A stretch of 63,179 nucleotides of DNA, filler included, from Lenisia limosa (GCA_001655205.1; 17 parts of 17 records of this genome joined end to end with filler, not necessarily neighbours in it), one strand, 5' to 3'. Shown: positions 11,926-25,565, numbered from the whole stretch's first letter. Notes: a model not told the origin generated them from the letters alone. Translations and numbers: made by a program.

Positions 11926-12498
11926 GGAGGCATTTGGACGTCTATTGTGTGTGTCATCGGACTCTGTCTTCGTGACGCTTTCATGGGNNNNNNNNNNNNN
12001 NNNNNNNNNNNNNNNNNNNNNNNNNNNNNNNTTAATTAATTAANNNNNNNNNNNNNNNNNNNNNNNNNNNNNNNNNNNNNNNNNNNNGGAAATTTCGATG
12101 AAGAATATGGATAAAAACAATAAACACGAGAAAGCAACGCTAAAACTACACGAAATCCAGATACAAAAAACAAAAGAGGGGGTCAGTACAAGTTTAAAGT
12201 TGACACTTGGTGATCCTTGGAACTTGAATGATATTTGCTTTTGCGAATGGCAATTATCTAAACCCACAATCCCACATTAATATTGAAGATTTGTTAAATT
12301 TCCCGAGAAATGTGAAGAAGGTCCCCCCCCCCCCCNNNNNNNNNNNNNNNNNNNNNNNNNNNNNNNNNNNNNNNNNNNNNNNNNNNNNNNNNNNNNNNNN
12401 NNNNNNNNNNNNNNNNNNNNNNNNNNNNNNNNNNNNNNNNNNNNNNNNNNNNNNNNNNNNNNNNNNNNNNNNNNNNNNNNNNNNNNNNNNNNNNNNNN

Positions 12499-13313
<815 letters not shown>

Positions 13314-13594
13314 TTTGAAGGAAGTATATCTCTGCTTTCTGGCTCTCCTATCTCAAACAATATATAATACGGTGATTAATTGGCAATAACCACAGATAGT
13401 TTGTAAAAGCTGTGTAAAAGGGCCGTTGGGTCGTTTTCAACCGTTTTCAACAAGGCGATCGTCAGTGATCTAATTTTAACAAAATCGACTCGGGAAAAAA
13501 TCAAAAGATCTTTTTTCAAAGTATAACCTATTATACCCGTTGTAAAACGTGCACAGATATCAGTTTTGCGAAGTATGGGCTTGGATAAGTCACA

Positions 13595-16500
13595 ATGCTG
13601 AAAGACGGTCCCCACACAGGCATTACTGGACGCTCTCCAGGAGCTCCTGGTGACATTTACCGTCCTGTTATTCACCAAATCCCGCAATTGCAGTACGATC
13701 AGCCCATTGGTATCTCTCATCATTTGCTGTCAACCGATGAAGAGGATTTATCGTCATTCACCGATACTGGAGCATCTTCTAGAGCAGCAACGTCACCTCC
13801 ACAGTCGCCATACCAGCAAACTCGTCCATCTGGTGGTACTGAAGAGCTTTCCTGGCTTCAAGACACTTTAAATGGTTGGGTTTTGTGGATTTGATGATAT
13901 TTTGGTATATATTTAACCGTTAATAGTGACTAGATCGATGACACAGATGACCTTGACTAATTTTTATAGGCCTTGCGATTCAACAAAACTCCAACTTCTT
14001 GCCAAACCGTAAAACAAAATCTTTTCACGATTTTGCCAATATAAACGGAGTTCCGCTTCATAACCCTCATCGTACCCCTTCTCCACTTGCCGAGGGGTCA
14101 CCTTCTGTTGAGCTGATCTCCGACTCAGTGGACTGGAATTACGTGTCCCCCTCTGGCCGCAGCCAATCTCCACCATCACAATCTTCAGGTTTGTGGCGAG
14201 AGGACAATGAGTTTGGGCGGTTGTAAGGTCAAGAATGATACGGATGACCATGTATTGTCGGCCATTTGTCCACGTGAAGCTGGGCGATGGGTCTTGTATT
14301 GGGGCTTATTTGGAACCCCATTGATGTGTCCTTTTATTGTCCCTTGAAGACTGGGGATTGCAAAATGTGCATTCCATGATGTGTGTTCTTGGTTGTTTTT
14401 TTGGTTTGGCCAAGTTTGTACTTTAACAATTAGCAATCTGTACGTAGGAGTCCTACTCATGTTGGACGGGTAGTTGAGTTTTGAACTTATATTTTGTTAT
14501 CACTTGGATAGGATTTATATGCGCATTATTGAGGTACTCAATTGACAGTCGGAGTAGGTATTTCCCCAGAATATTCTAGAATATTCCATGAAATTTTTGA
14601 TTATAGTAATCTAAACCCTTGTTAAATGAGACAAAGAATGTGCATCCTTTGATCAAGATTCCAACCCATTTTAACGAAGCAGCAGGCATCAATGACCCTA
14701 TGTCCAAAACTGGCTTCTTTGGATGTGATGATTCTGGTCAAAGGTATTGTTGGGATGCTTAATATCAGCGTAAATATCTGGGTCTTTATTTCTTGAATGT
14801 TTTTTGTTTCACATTTTGTGATTACTGGCTTTCCATCTTACGCTGTAGCTTGTACAAAACAGAGCTATGTAGACAGTTTGAGTCTGGGCGTTGCAAAGTG
14901 GGTTACCCAAATTTCTGTATTGTGAACCAAATATCATAATAGAACTCTGCTGATTTTTTTTTTATATATAGTACGGAGCCCGTTGTCAGTTCGCTCATGG
15001 TGAAGCCGAACTAAGACCAGTGGTTAGACACCCGTAGGAGGGGATGGCATGAGACCAGTTGTTAGACACCCGTAGGAGGGGATGGCATGAGACCAGTGGT
15101 TAGACACCCGTAGGAGGGGATGGCATAAATGTACATAGCATATGATAAATATATGGAGTATTTTTTACGATATTAGAAAGTTCAAGACCGAGCCATGCCG
15201 AGCCTACCACTCTACCGGACACTGTCGCTACGGTCCGCGCTGCAGATTCATGCATGACCCCCCGACGGAAGCGGAACTCGAAGAAATGGTTCGTTTATAC
15301 TCAAATGTTTATCATTTCGAAAAAAGGGTTCTAATATATCAGGAGGCAAGCCAGCCAGCTTACAGGGTCAACAAGCCACCACCACCCCTCCGAACCTCTT
15401 CTCTGTCCATTCCGTCTCCGAAAGTGGCGTCTCCCGTGAGCATGTCTTCTGCCGGTGGGATGGGTTGTAATTAGTGCTTTTCGCTTCCCAAAAGACCGAC
15501 TTTTTGAGATCCAAATCAATATATTTTGTGGTATTTTTTGAACCGAAGTGAAGCTCAAGTTGTAAAATGGAATGTATTAGTGATATGTCCTCTCCTATTC
15601 CTTGTCCTTTTTGACCTTCCAGCCATGTTCCCAATGGATAAAGTTGGCCGTTCAGTGTCGTCTCCTAGTCTCTCTGCACTGACCATCCCGTCCACTCCCC
15701 AAAGCCCGATAAGTGAGCAAAAGGATGGAATAAAGTCGTCTTGTATTTTTCTTCTGTTTTCACGACACAGTTGCCCACAGCCCGCACGCCTACCAAGCTT
15801 CCCAAAGGCAGAACTATCAACATTGTAAGCGGTGTACCTTGTTGTTGTTGCAGGAATACTTTTCACCCTGACCAATTCAGCTCAACAGCAGTTTAGACCG
15901 AAAAGCCCCTTCGACAGCCCCCAGTCTAACTACAGTCCAGCCTCTCAATCCCAGTCTTCCCCCCTCTCCCAACACTCCCCGATTGCTCATTTGTCTGCTC
16001 CGAGCAATCAAGCCAGTCATGTGCACCATCCATTGCATAACCCTCCAAGCCATCACCAAAGCCATGGTCATTCCAACTCAAGAAGCTCTCCTCAGAGCAT
16101 TCCTCATGGTTTGTAGAAATGATACAATTGCTTCTTCTCTTGTTATTTGGCGAGGTTTTGACCTTATCAGGAAGGCCACTTGGCTTCCGACCTGGCCTTG
16201 CCCCGGTGGCCGCGTCGCCACCGTCCTCTCTTGGCAACTCACCCCATCTTATGTCAATTCATGTGGCTAATGTTGAGGTTCGCACAATTTCTTTGTTATT
16301 ATCGGCTCTTTCTTTTCGCATTATATGGAGAGGCAGTTTGCGATATCAGTGTTTTCTTTTATTATCTGTGTTTTTACCGATTCAGGCGTTGTTGGAGTCC
16401 AATCCATCCTCTCCGCTCTCGAGCCCTGTTCTGAGGCCATCGTTCCCACAACATCACCCCCTTTCCTCCCACCATCATCACGCTCCGGTTTGTGGAACAG

Positions 16501-16697
16501 TTCTAGCCAAAGTTGATCCGTTTTGAATTCAAAAGCTGACCAGTTTAGATTGCTCCTCCTCCTGGTATGAACCAACAGCACCATCATGGCCACGGAAGTA
16601 CCGCCCTCCTCCCACCCCCCAATGTTTTCCAGGTAAGCCCCATCCTACTTTTTTCTTCTTCGTTGTATTTAACTCACTCTTTTAGGTACCTATTTAA
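13595..16697 (+). CDS. TIS11/ZFP36 (TTP)-family tandem CCCH zinc-finger mRNA-decay protein, multi-exon
   Basis: Spliced [63 protein letters not shown]: two CCCH fingers with YKTEL/FKTEP lead-ins and an 18-aa spacer. Ser/Pro/His-rich flanks; stop TAA at 16695-16697. The start codon is tentative. Confidence 0.9.
15014..15127 (+). repeat. 38-bp x3 tandem duplication of an exon/intron donor junction
   Basis: AGACCAGTGGTTAGACACCC|GTAGGAGGGGATGGCATG x3. Confidence 0.95.
15472..15558. mobile_element. MITE-A in an intron of the CCCH gene
   Basis: Right TIR intact; 8-bp TSD GTTGTAAT / GTTGTAAA. Confidence 0.8.
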
Positions 16698-17552
16698 TAT
16701 TTATGTGATGGAAGAGGTCTAGCTAATACCAGTATTTATAAATGTTTTTTTTCTGCTTCATGTGCTTCCAAGCTTCTAAGTAACACCAATCAATACACAA
16801 AGAAAAGGAGCTGAAAAGGAGTTATATCGTATAGTGGGTAACATTGACATGTGGATTGCTTGTGGACTGACAGGTGCAAGAATGCACAGGAATGCAGGGG
16901 ACAAAGGGACTGAGAGGGACACCAGAAAAGTGACAATTAGTTGGCAATTAGGTAGCCAGCTATTCAATCCGAGGCACCAAAAATATTGTCATTTTTGGCC
17001 TTGCTGTGTTGAGTGTCAGTGAGTCATTAAAGTGAATAGGCTGGATAGTTAATGATAACTGTCATAATATAGCCGGAATAGAACTTCAACAAGAACAGTA
17101 TCTAGCAAACGCTCTCTTACAGCGTAGAAAGACGACCAAGGCGAAAATGGTTGGCGAATATTCTTGTTGTTACTAAATCAGTGATTGTTTTTATGGGAGT
17201 TTAAAAGGAAATTGTCGTTAAGTTTTTTTTTTAAAATAAAACTCTTCTGGTAAGGCCTCTCTCCAATCTTCTCTGAGTTTTTGGATATTTACCAAGTTTA
17301 TATATATCAAAAAGCCTTCATTCTCGCTTTCCTCACGATTCCCCCTTTGTTCTGGTAACCTTCCCCCTCTTGATTAATGATTAATTGACACACGAATCAG
17401 GAGTTGGAAAATGTTTTAAGTTTTAAACCATTGGGGTTCTTGGGTTTTGACACATCACCCCAAACTCAAACCAATGCCATTTTTACTTTTACGATGCGTA
17501 TATATTCTTACTTTAGTATATATGGTTAAACCTCCTTGATGGGATGGTTTTG

Positions 17553-17652
17553 CAGTAGCGACTGGGCTTTGTTTATTGCTTTTGATTGCTACCCTTGCGT
17601 GTTTTTCCAAATGCATAGCCAACAGAGTTGATTTTGGGCTTCTTTTTTTTTT
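17553..17652 (+). repeat. Repeat family C
   Basis: GCAGTAGCGACTGGGC ... GCCAACAGAGTTGATTTTGGGC-T-tract, running into a gap. Confidence 0.7.
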
Positions 17653-17791
17653 NNNNNNNNNNNNNNNNNNNNNNNNNNNNNNNNNNNNNNNNNNNNNNNN
17701 NNNNNNNNNNNNNNNNNNNNNNNNNNNNNNNNNNNNNNNNNNNNNNNNNNNNNNNNNNNNNNNNNNNNNNNNNNNNNNNCCCCCCCCATAG

Positions 17792-20700
17792 GCAGACTTC
17801 AACACCCAGTTTGGAACGCTGTGGAGGCAACTCTATGGTGATGATCATGAGAAAGATAGGACCGCATTTATGGACAACCTTCAGGTATATGAGGTTCTTT
17901 TTGTGTTTGATTCTTCAGAATAGAAAGGACCAGACCACAGTCAAGGCATCTGGGAACCTATCTCAAGATTCGCTGTGGTTCAAGGATGCAGGTTGGGAAA
18001 CAAGAAAGACAGTGGATCTTTTGGAAGCATGATGAGTTAATTGGGAACTTTTAATCGTGTAGTTGTGTACAGTCTCTATGTCGACCTTTTTTCTGAGTCT
18101 TTTTCTGGTCTGGAGAAACGGTTACCTTATTTGGAGGATCTTGGTGTTACTTGCCTTCACCTTTTGCCGATTTTGGAGTCGCCCATGCGCGGTAAGATGT
18201 TTTTATTACCTTTTGCTGTGTTACACCAAATTCAAGCAAACACAATTGTGATCCGCTCACAATCAAGATGGAGGATTCGATGTGTCAGATTACACCAGCA
18301 TCCGAGCCTCTCTTCTTGGTCGGTGGCAACATGGGGTTTACATTCCTGTTGTAGTATTTGGTAAACTCAATTACATTTGTCCAGGTATGACTGATGAGTC
18401 ACTTCCCCATCAGCGTCGATCTGAGTTCCAGAAATTCGCAGACAAGGCCCACGGATGTGGTATCAGAATCATCTTCGACATTCCTCTGAACCACTGTTCT
18501 GTCTGAGGGGTCTCCGGTGTAGCTAGGGCTTCACATCACTTCGAAAAAAGACTGAATTTCTCGATAAATCCTCGAAAACTACCGGTTTGAAAAAGACCGA
18601 TATTTTATCGGTCTTTTTCAAACCGAAGTGAAGCCTTAGTTGTAGCGTATCAAAGACTCTTTTTTCTTGATTGAAGCACTGTGAAGGTTACTGATTAGGA
18701 GGAACACGAATGGTTTAAAGACCTTAAGAAGAATGGTGATGCTTCAGAATTCAAAGACTATTTCATCTTCTCTGACTCTGCTGAGAAATACAAGGAAGGT
18801 CCGAAGTAAATCTGTTACTCTTTTCTTAATTGTCTTCCTTACCTCTCAGCACGTATCATTTTCGAGGGTATTTGTGAAAGCAACTGGGAGAAGAAACGTG
18901 GGGGGGGGGGGGGNNNNNNNNNNNNNNNNNNNNNNNNNNNNNNNNNNNNGATGAGTTCTACTTCCACAGATTCTTCCCTTTCCAACCTGATCTGAACTAC
19001 AGAAACCCCAAGGTATCAATTCACCATTTGTGATGAGCTCCTTTATCATTGAATTATTCTTCGTTATACCGACCCCTCAGGTATTTACTTCCATGGTCTC
19101 TTTTCTTCTGGACTGGGTGGAAAGTGGCGTGGATGGCTTCCGCCTCGACGCGATTCCTTACCTATGGAAGGAAGATGACCACAATTGTGAGAACCATGAG
19201 TACACACACACTCTTGTTAGAAGTAAGTGGGTCATTTGAAAATAAACAATGTATGATATATAATTACATATTTGGAGGTTCTACTGTTTTTTTGAAATGT
19301 AAGGGAGTACTTATAAGATATATAAGTTTCTGACTTACATTTACAAATCCTAGTGATGCGACTCGCTTCTTCATTTATCAACGAGTCTACCTTCCTCCTT
19401 GCAGAGGTTGGTGAACATTGCAATACGGTTTATCTATCATCATATACATATGCATATGTATTATATCATATTATGTTATATATATTACATGTATATAGCT
19501 ACTTCTTTTTTAATTCCAAATTGAAATCAAACTAGTTTCATTGTCACTCAGGCCAACTTTATTCTACAGGCTTGTCAGCCCCCCGCAGATGTGTGCCGCT
19601 ACTTCGGACGCGAAGGCGCCGCTGAATGCCACGCGTGCTACCACTTCCCCTTGATGCCTGGTACGGACTTGTTCTTGTTGGGCTCTTCTTGACTCAATGA
19701 GGACCCGAATTTGAGACGGAACGCTGTGATAATTATTTGGGGCCGGGCTTCTTCTTACCCTTCAGCCATGTTCAAGGCTCTCCTCCGTGAAGATGCGTCA
19801 TTTATCCAGGTTCTTGAGGGAAGCCATTTCATTATATAATTGTTATTTTGAAGTGCCCAGCTTTTTCTTGGGTATAGTATTACGATGCCATTTATATATA
19901 TATTATTTATGCTTCATGAGTAACATGGCAGGCTGAACTAGAGAACCTTCCTACGCTTGAAGATAATAATCAATGGTTCGTGTTCCTTCGGCTCCATGAT
20001 GAGCTCACACTGGAAATGGTTACCCCGGAAGACAGGAAAGAACTGTTCGAATTCTATTCTCACAATGACCCCAAGTCAACTTTCAGAGAGGGTGAGCATG
20101 GGTGTATGTCACGAAATAAACAAGCATGATTGACACCTTTCAGGTTGTGGAGTGTCATCTCGTCTGTTCAATTTGATGCGCAAGAATGTCAAAAAGACTG
20201 TTATGGCATTCAACTTGTGGGTTCTCCGATTGAAACAATTAAGAATGACATTTTAGGCTGTTTAGCATCATTGGAACGCCCATCATTTTCATGGGTGATG
20301 AAATTGCCAAAGAGAACGACGACAAGTTCTATGATGAAGTGTTGGCCCAGACTGGCGTTCCAGATTCAAGGTTTCAAATTGACTCTTATTTCTTGAGACC
20401 TGCGACTTTATCATCTGAAAATCAATTATTACATTACCCATGCCAGTGTTCACTGTGTAGGTACCGCTGCCGTGGGCGAATGGACTGGAATTCAGTTGCC
20501 AAGACCATCAGCAACAAGGAGAGCAGTGGAGCGAAGGTGGGAATAGTGTACATTTTTCATGATGCAAAATGGCACGTTAAACAATGATCGTTTTTCATGG
20601 TTTTAGGTTCATTCCGAATTAACTCATTCACTGTCAGTCAGAAAAGCCCATAAGTGAGTTGTGTTCCATATTTGTCTCCTCTTGGGTATAATCTCTCTTA

Positions 20701-21130
20701 GTGGCATTGATAATTTTCAAATATTGCTTGGAGTATATTTTTGCCACGAAGGTCCGCCATAATATTTTAGGGCCTTCTCACGGGGGTCGTACACGGCCGT
20801 ATCCGTCATTGAAGGAGGTGTCAAGCCTGTTATCGCCTTTGAGAGGAAGTACAATGACGACAAGGTGAGTCAAGAGCATGTCATGTTTTGAGGTTGCCCA
20901 TTCTTATCTCGAAGGTTCTTGTTGTGGCCAACATATCAGACAGAAAGCAAACAGCGGTTCTACCAAATTCACTTAAGGTTTGTCCGCACCGTTGTTCAAT
21001 ACCGTCACCTTTTCAATAATTGAATTGACAGTGTCAGGTTGGGACGAAGGATCTTCTCGGAAACAGCATCACCGCTTCCGACAACAAGATGGAGTTGGAG
21101 CCTTTCGACGTGTACTGGGTGCAGCTCTAG
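17792..21130 (+). CDS. treS: Trehalose synthase (maltose alpha-D-glucosyltransferase, TreS-like; GH13), about 20 exons
   Basis: Spliced motifs LWFKDAVVYSLYVDLF, YLEDLGVTCLHLLPILESP, DGGFDVSDY, region I DIPLNHCS, FHRFFPFQPDLNYRNP, region II GFRLDAIPYLWKE (Asp 19147), region III LLAEACQPP (Glu 19404), region IV FLRLHDELTLEMVT (Asp 19998), GTPIIFMGDEI; stop TAG at 21128-21130. A further 5' exon may lie near 17073-17148. Confidence 0.92.
18524..18638. mobile_element. MITE-A in a TreS intron
   Basis: TIRs present; 8-bp TSD GGTGTAGC / GTTGTAGC. Confidence 0.92.
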
Positions 21131-21825
21131 ACCCTAGTTTTGGTTCTTAAAATGTTTTTTTGGTATATTAATGGTATTTATGAACAAGGTATCGAGGCGA
21201 CCCTGGGTATTTTTTTTTTATCCATCCACCCTTTTCATCCAACCCCTCAACTCCCGTCACACTCAAAGCAGAATGGTGCGATAGGGTCACAGATAGAGTG
21301 ACCAGCCACAGGATAAACTTGTGTTTATACTTATAACCCTAGGACCAGCGTTAATCATGANNNNNNNNNNNNNNNNNNNNNNNNNNNNNNNNNNNNNNNN
21401 NNNNNNNNNNNNNNNNNNNNNNNNNNNNNNNNNNNNNNNNNNNNNNNNNNNNNNNNNNNNNNNNNNNNNNNNNNNNNNNNTTTCAGGTTTATTTTTGCTC
21501 ACCCTGATGCGTTTTATTCCGCGCAAGTGGGAGGTGTTGTTTTGTTGAAGCAATGATTTGGGTACTATTAGTTGGGACAATGGCATTTGATACACCATAT
21601 ATATTAGAAATATTTTACATTAATGACTTGCGGAGAAGTTTTGCAAACTATTGAAATAAATTTGTGCAGAGTAATGTGGGCGACAATAGGAAATGGAAAG
21701 TTGCTATAACTGGTTGTAATATTATATAAAAACTGGTGTTGGGTCTAGGGTTCTAGGGTTATAAATCTAAATACCCCCTTGGCCTTGGTTGGTTTCGTCG
21801 GCACATTTCACACCTTTGCATCCAG

Positions 21826-23076
21826 GATTTGAGTGAATCCGACCCCAGTGGTGATGTGGAAATCTCTGAACAAGCGTTTGACTTCTCTTTACAGCTGCCT
21901 ATTGAAAAAAGCAGTATGTTGGTGTAGATTTCCTGTTTTTGATAACACTACAGGTCCTGCTGTGCTTTCCGTTTCGTTTCCTCCAGGATACCCAGAAACT
22001 GATATTCTAAGACCATCAATAGTACATGTTCATTTGACAAGGTTGAGGGGTCTTCATTTGGCAAGGTTGAGGGGTCTTCATTTGTACTCTGGGACAAGCT
22101 GAATAGATAGGTATTGACCTTCATTCACGTTTTGCAACTCTTGCACTTCCCACAGAAAGTATGGCTTTCTCAAATCATTTTCAGAAGTCGAAATTGGACA
22201 ATCATTGTGTCTGATTGCAATTGTGCAAGCATAAATGATATTACTCACATATATATGAGGCCGTTTGATAGGATCCCTTCTAGTTTAGCTACTGTTACCC
22301 AATCTCTTACGTTTGTGAAACAGTCGCTATAACAAATTTAGGGCAGAGACGGCGAATATTGCTGCACAGGGAAGGAAAGTGGCAAATTCCTTAATTGGTG
22401 CGACAGGTAGAGTGTACTAATTCCACTAACAAGCTTCTTTTCTTACATCTTGCTTAGGCCTTGAGCATGCGTACACTGTTCTTACGACAATGGCAGAGTT
22501 GGCACAAGAATCCATTGCCGACTCTTTGGAGAGAAGAGAACTTCGTCTGAGGGGAGGCGGTGTCTTTCTTTATTATTGTTGTGATATACGGCTTCCTTAC
22601 CCAAGTTTTGTGTTGATCATTTCCACATACTTCAAGCAATTGTGGAGGCTCATCGATTACTGTTTAGAAGCTAAATCCAGCATAACCAAGGATGATGGAT
22701 GCCCACATTTCAGAGCTTGGGTCAAGTTTCACCATGTTTACAGCAAACGAAAAATCGCTTTTATTCAGAGCCTCAGGTCACAACTCAAACTTGGAGGTGT
22801 GTAGGATGCTCTTTTATGATAAAGCCAGAAGACAATCATTCTATTGCCACGAAGCAAGGATGTACATGTATTACATACTAATATGTTTATGATATTATGC
22901 ATATGAGCAATTTTTTTATCATGGGCATCCTCAATCCTCAACCACTCAACTATGTGATACGAATACAAGTCAATACACTTTACCACCTAGGATTTTTATG
23001 TTCCGGGAAGCCAGGAATTATGCTTGTTGAAGGCAGTGAAGCAATAGTTATGTCATTTCTTCAAGCTGTTCGCGGC
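21826..23076 (+). CDS. RWD domain + DUF1115 protein (RWDD2A/B-like), truncated at the scaffold end
   Basis: Exons give VLSVSFPPGYPE (RWD YP motif) and RAWVKFHHVYSKRKIAFIQSLRSQLKLGGFLCSGKPGIMLVEG (RWDD2 pattern HHIY...GKPGxxxVEG). Start codon not located. Confidence 0.8.
22027..22083. repeat. 24-bp tandem duplication in an intron
   Basis: TTCATTTG(A/G)CAAGGTTGAGGGGTC x2. Confidence 0.85.
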
Positions 23077-23350
23077 NNNNNNNNNNNNNNNNNNNNNNNN
23101 NNNNNNNNNNNNNNNNNNNNTTAATTAATTAANNNNNNNNNNNNNNNNNNNNNNNNNNNNNNNNNNNNNNNNNNNNATAAAATTGTTTTGTTGGAAGTGA
23201 TTTTGATTTCACAGATTGAAAAGCGATGGATCCCTTTGAAAAGGCATTTCATTCTCTTTCAGACAAGGTAAGGGTTGGGGGGGAGCACAAAGTTTTTGTA
23301 AAAATTACCCATTTTTTTTTGTTGTTTTTGAAAAAATGACTCCTTGTTAG

Positions 23351-24556
23351 GCTCAAAATGAACTTGAATGGTTGAGGTTGGAACTAAGGAAGAAAAAGGA
23401 AGAATTCTTCAAATTGCCAACACACGCACATATTTATTCCATTTTTTCAATCGCTTCTGACATGGAACACACTCTCTCCCATAGAAAAATCCAAACACTT
23501 CTTTCTGTAAGTCCAATACCATTTAAAGTTCACCTCCTAGTTGTCATCAAAAACCTTAGTGGCTAAATACAAGGATGGGGCAGTCCTAAAAGATGAGGGA
23601 GGACAAAGGAAGCTCCACGAAGACCTTGAGCCAGCATTCATCTCGGANNNNNNNNNNNNNNNNNNNNNNNNNNNNNNNNNNNNNNNNNNNNNNNNNNNNN
23701 NNNNNNNNNNNNNNNNNNNNNNNNNNNNNNNNNNNNNNNNNNNNNNNNNNNNNNNNNNNNNNNNNNNNNNNNNNNNNNNNNNNNNNNNNNNNNNNNNNNN
23801 NNNNNNNNNNNNNNNNNNNNNNNNNNNNNNNNNNNNNNNNNNNNNNNNNNNNNNNNNNNNNNNNNNNNNNNNNNNNNNNNNNNNNNNNNNNNNNNNNNNN
23901 NNNNNNNNNNNNTTTATTGTGATGAAACAATGGTAGATGTCACCGAAAAGACTGCACCCAAGGTTATACCTCAACACATTACTCTTGTCGCCACCATCTC
24001 GTAAGAAATTCTTGTTCATAACGTTTTCTAGAAGCAACCTTACAATTGTGGACCCTGTATTCGTTGTTGGCCAGAAAACCACCAAAGAAGAAGAAAATAC
24101 TCTGAAAAGCTATACAGCACAAATGTTCCAAGCACCCAATGGATGGCAGGTAAGAGCAAACAGGCTTTCATATTAATCATTCAGAATGTTGATACTTTCA
24201 CAGAATACGTCTTTTCAGTGTTGGTTCCCAAGATCATTCAGGACAAAGCGCAGTTGAACCTTGACCCGGCGACTTGGATTCTCTTCATTGTTGATGGACA
24301 CACTTCCCGATACGCACCTCTTGCACTCCAGTATCTCTTGGACAATCACATCATCCTCTACCTCCTTCCTTCCCACACTTCTCAGTGCACCCAGCCCCTC
24401 GACCTTGTCACATTTGGTGTTCTTAAGACCGTTCTTCACCAGCAGTATAGTTCACTCCTTCGGGAGTATCAATCTGATGACATCTCCAATGCTGCTGCTA
24501 ACCGCTGTTGTGCCATTCTCGCATGTTTGGAAGGATTGGCAGTGTCTTACTTTTAG
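23351..24556 (+). mobile_element. pogo/Fot1-like DDE_1 transposase (DD35D) with spliceosomal introns
   Basis: Catalytic YCDETM (23921), IVDGHTSR (24293) and LPSHTSQCTQPLD (24401), with 35 residues between D2 and D3. GT-AG introns at 24001-24031 (31 bp) and 24150-24184 (35 bp); internal N gap; no TIRs seen. Confidence 0.85.
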
Positions 24557-25349
24557 AAGAAAACCTCATTCTGAGAGTCTACATTTTTCGATTGCTTTTT
24601 CTGAGCATTGATGTTTGTAATATTAGAACCTTTCTGAAAAATACAGCTTGTGATGTTTGATACACTGAGAGTGCTTTCCCCTTCGCAACTTTAATTGAAT
24701 TAGTGTTTTATTGAAGAAAATAAAAAAAAGTGAACATTGTCATGTCCCACCACCTATATGATATAAGATATGAGATATAATAGAAGATGTGACCTAAGCT
24801 GTCCACACATCACGCTTATCAGAGATATTGGATCAATATTAATTCACCCTTTCATTTGATAATAGGAAACAGCACGACGATCAAAGGCACGAATTCAAAC
24901 CTTGCTGAAAGTTTACTGGCTTTTTTGTTCTTCAAGAAGGACGGGGCATGTGACGGCGACGACAACATGCTACGCAGTGTGAGAACAGAGATGAAGAGAA
25001 TGAAGAAATTGAAAGAGATAAGAGAACAAAGAAATTATTAGACTGTTGAGAGAAATGTTTGATTGTGAAATATGAGATTTGTTGGTTGATGGTATCCTAT
25101 CCATTACTTTGTTACCCTAGACTTTATTTAATTTACGGTTACGCTTGCTTGCAAAGAGTGGAATACAAGTAGTATACAATGGCCGTGATAATTCTTGACG
25201 ATTTTCCTTGGGAAATCATATGGTTTCCGGTTACTATAACAAAAAAAATAAACCCCGTGTACCAGCTTATATTGGGACTAGCCAAGTTGAGTGATTCTCC
25301 GGAGGGGGACGCTGCAAGAATCAAAACTGCAACGCTGATGGACAAAACC

Positions 25350-25449
25350 ATGGGCTTCACTTTGGTTAAGAAAAAGACTGCCTTTCTCAATAAATCCTCG
25401 AACACTATCAATATTTTACCGGTCTTTGTCGTACCAAAGTGAAGCCTTA
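25350..25449. mobile_element. MITE-A
   Basis: GGGCTTCACTTTGGTT ... ACCAAAGTGAAGCCTTA, 100 bp. Confidence 0.85.
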
Positions 25450-25494
25450 CGTCTGGATTAAACCTCAACAGTTTAATGTGTATCTGGCAATGAA

Positions 25495-25565
25495 AACAAC
25501 AAAACAAAACAAAGCCCAGGCCAGCCGCTTCTGCGGCACCGCATTCCACCACTTCAGCGTACCAA
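25495..25565 (-). repeat. Repeat family C, reverse orientation
   Basis: AAAGCCCAGGCCAGCCGCTTCTGCGGCACCGCA on the + strand. Confidence 0.75.

Noticed and set aside
11679-12043. Poly-Ser/Ile/His ORFs (similarly 8883-9122, 29104-29399, 57236-57666)
   Set aside because: These are translations of microsatellites.
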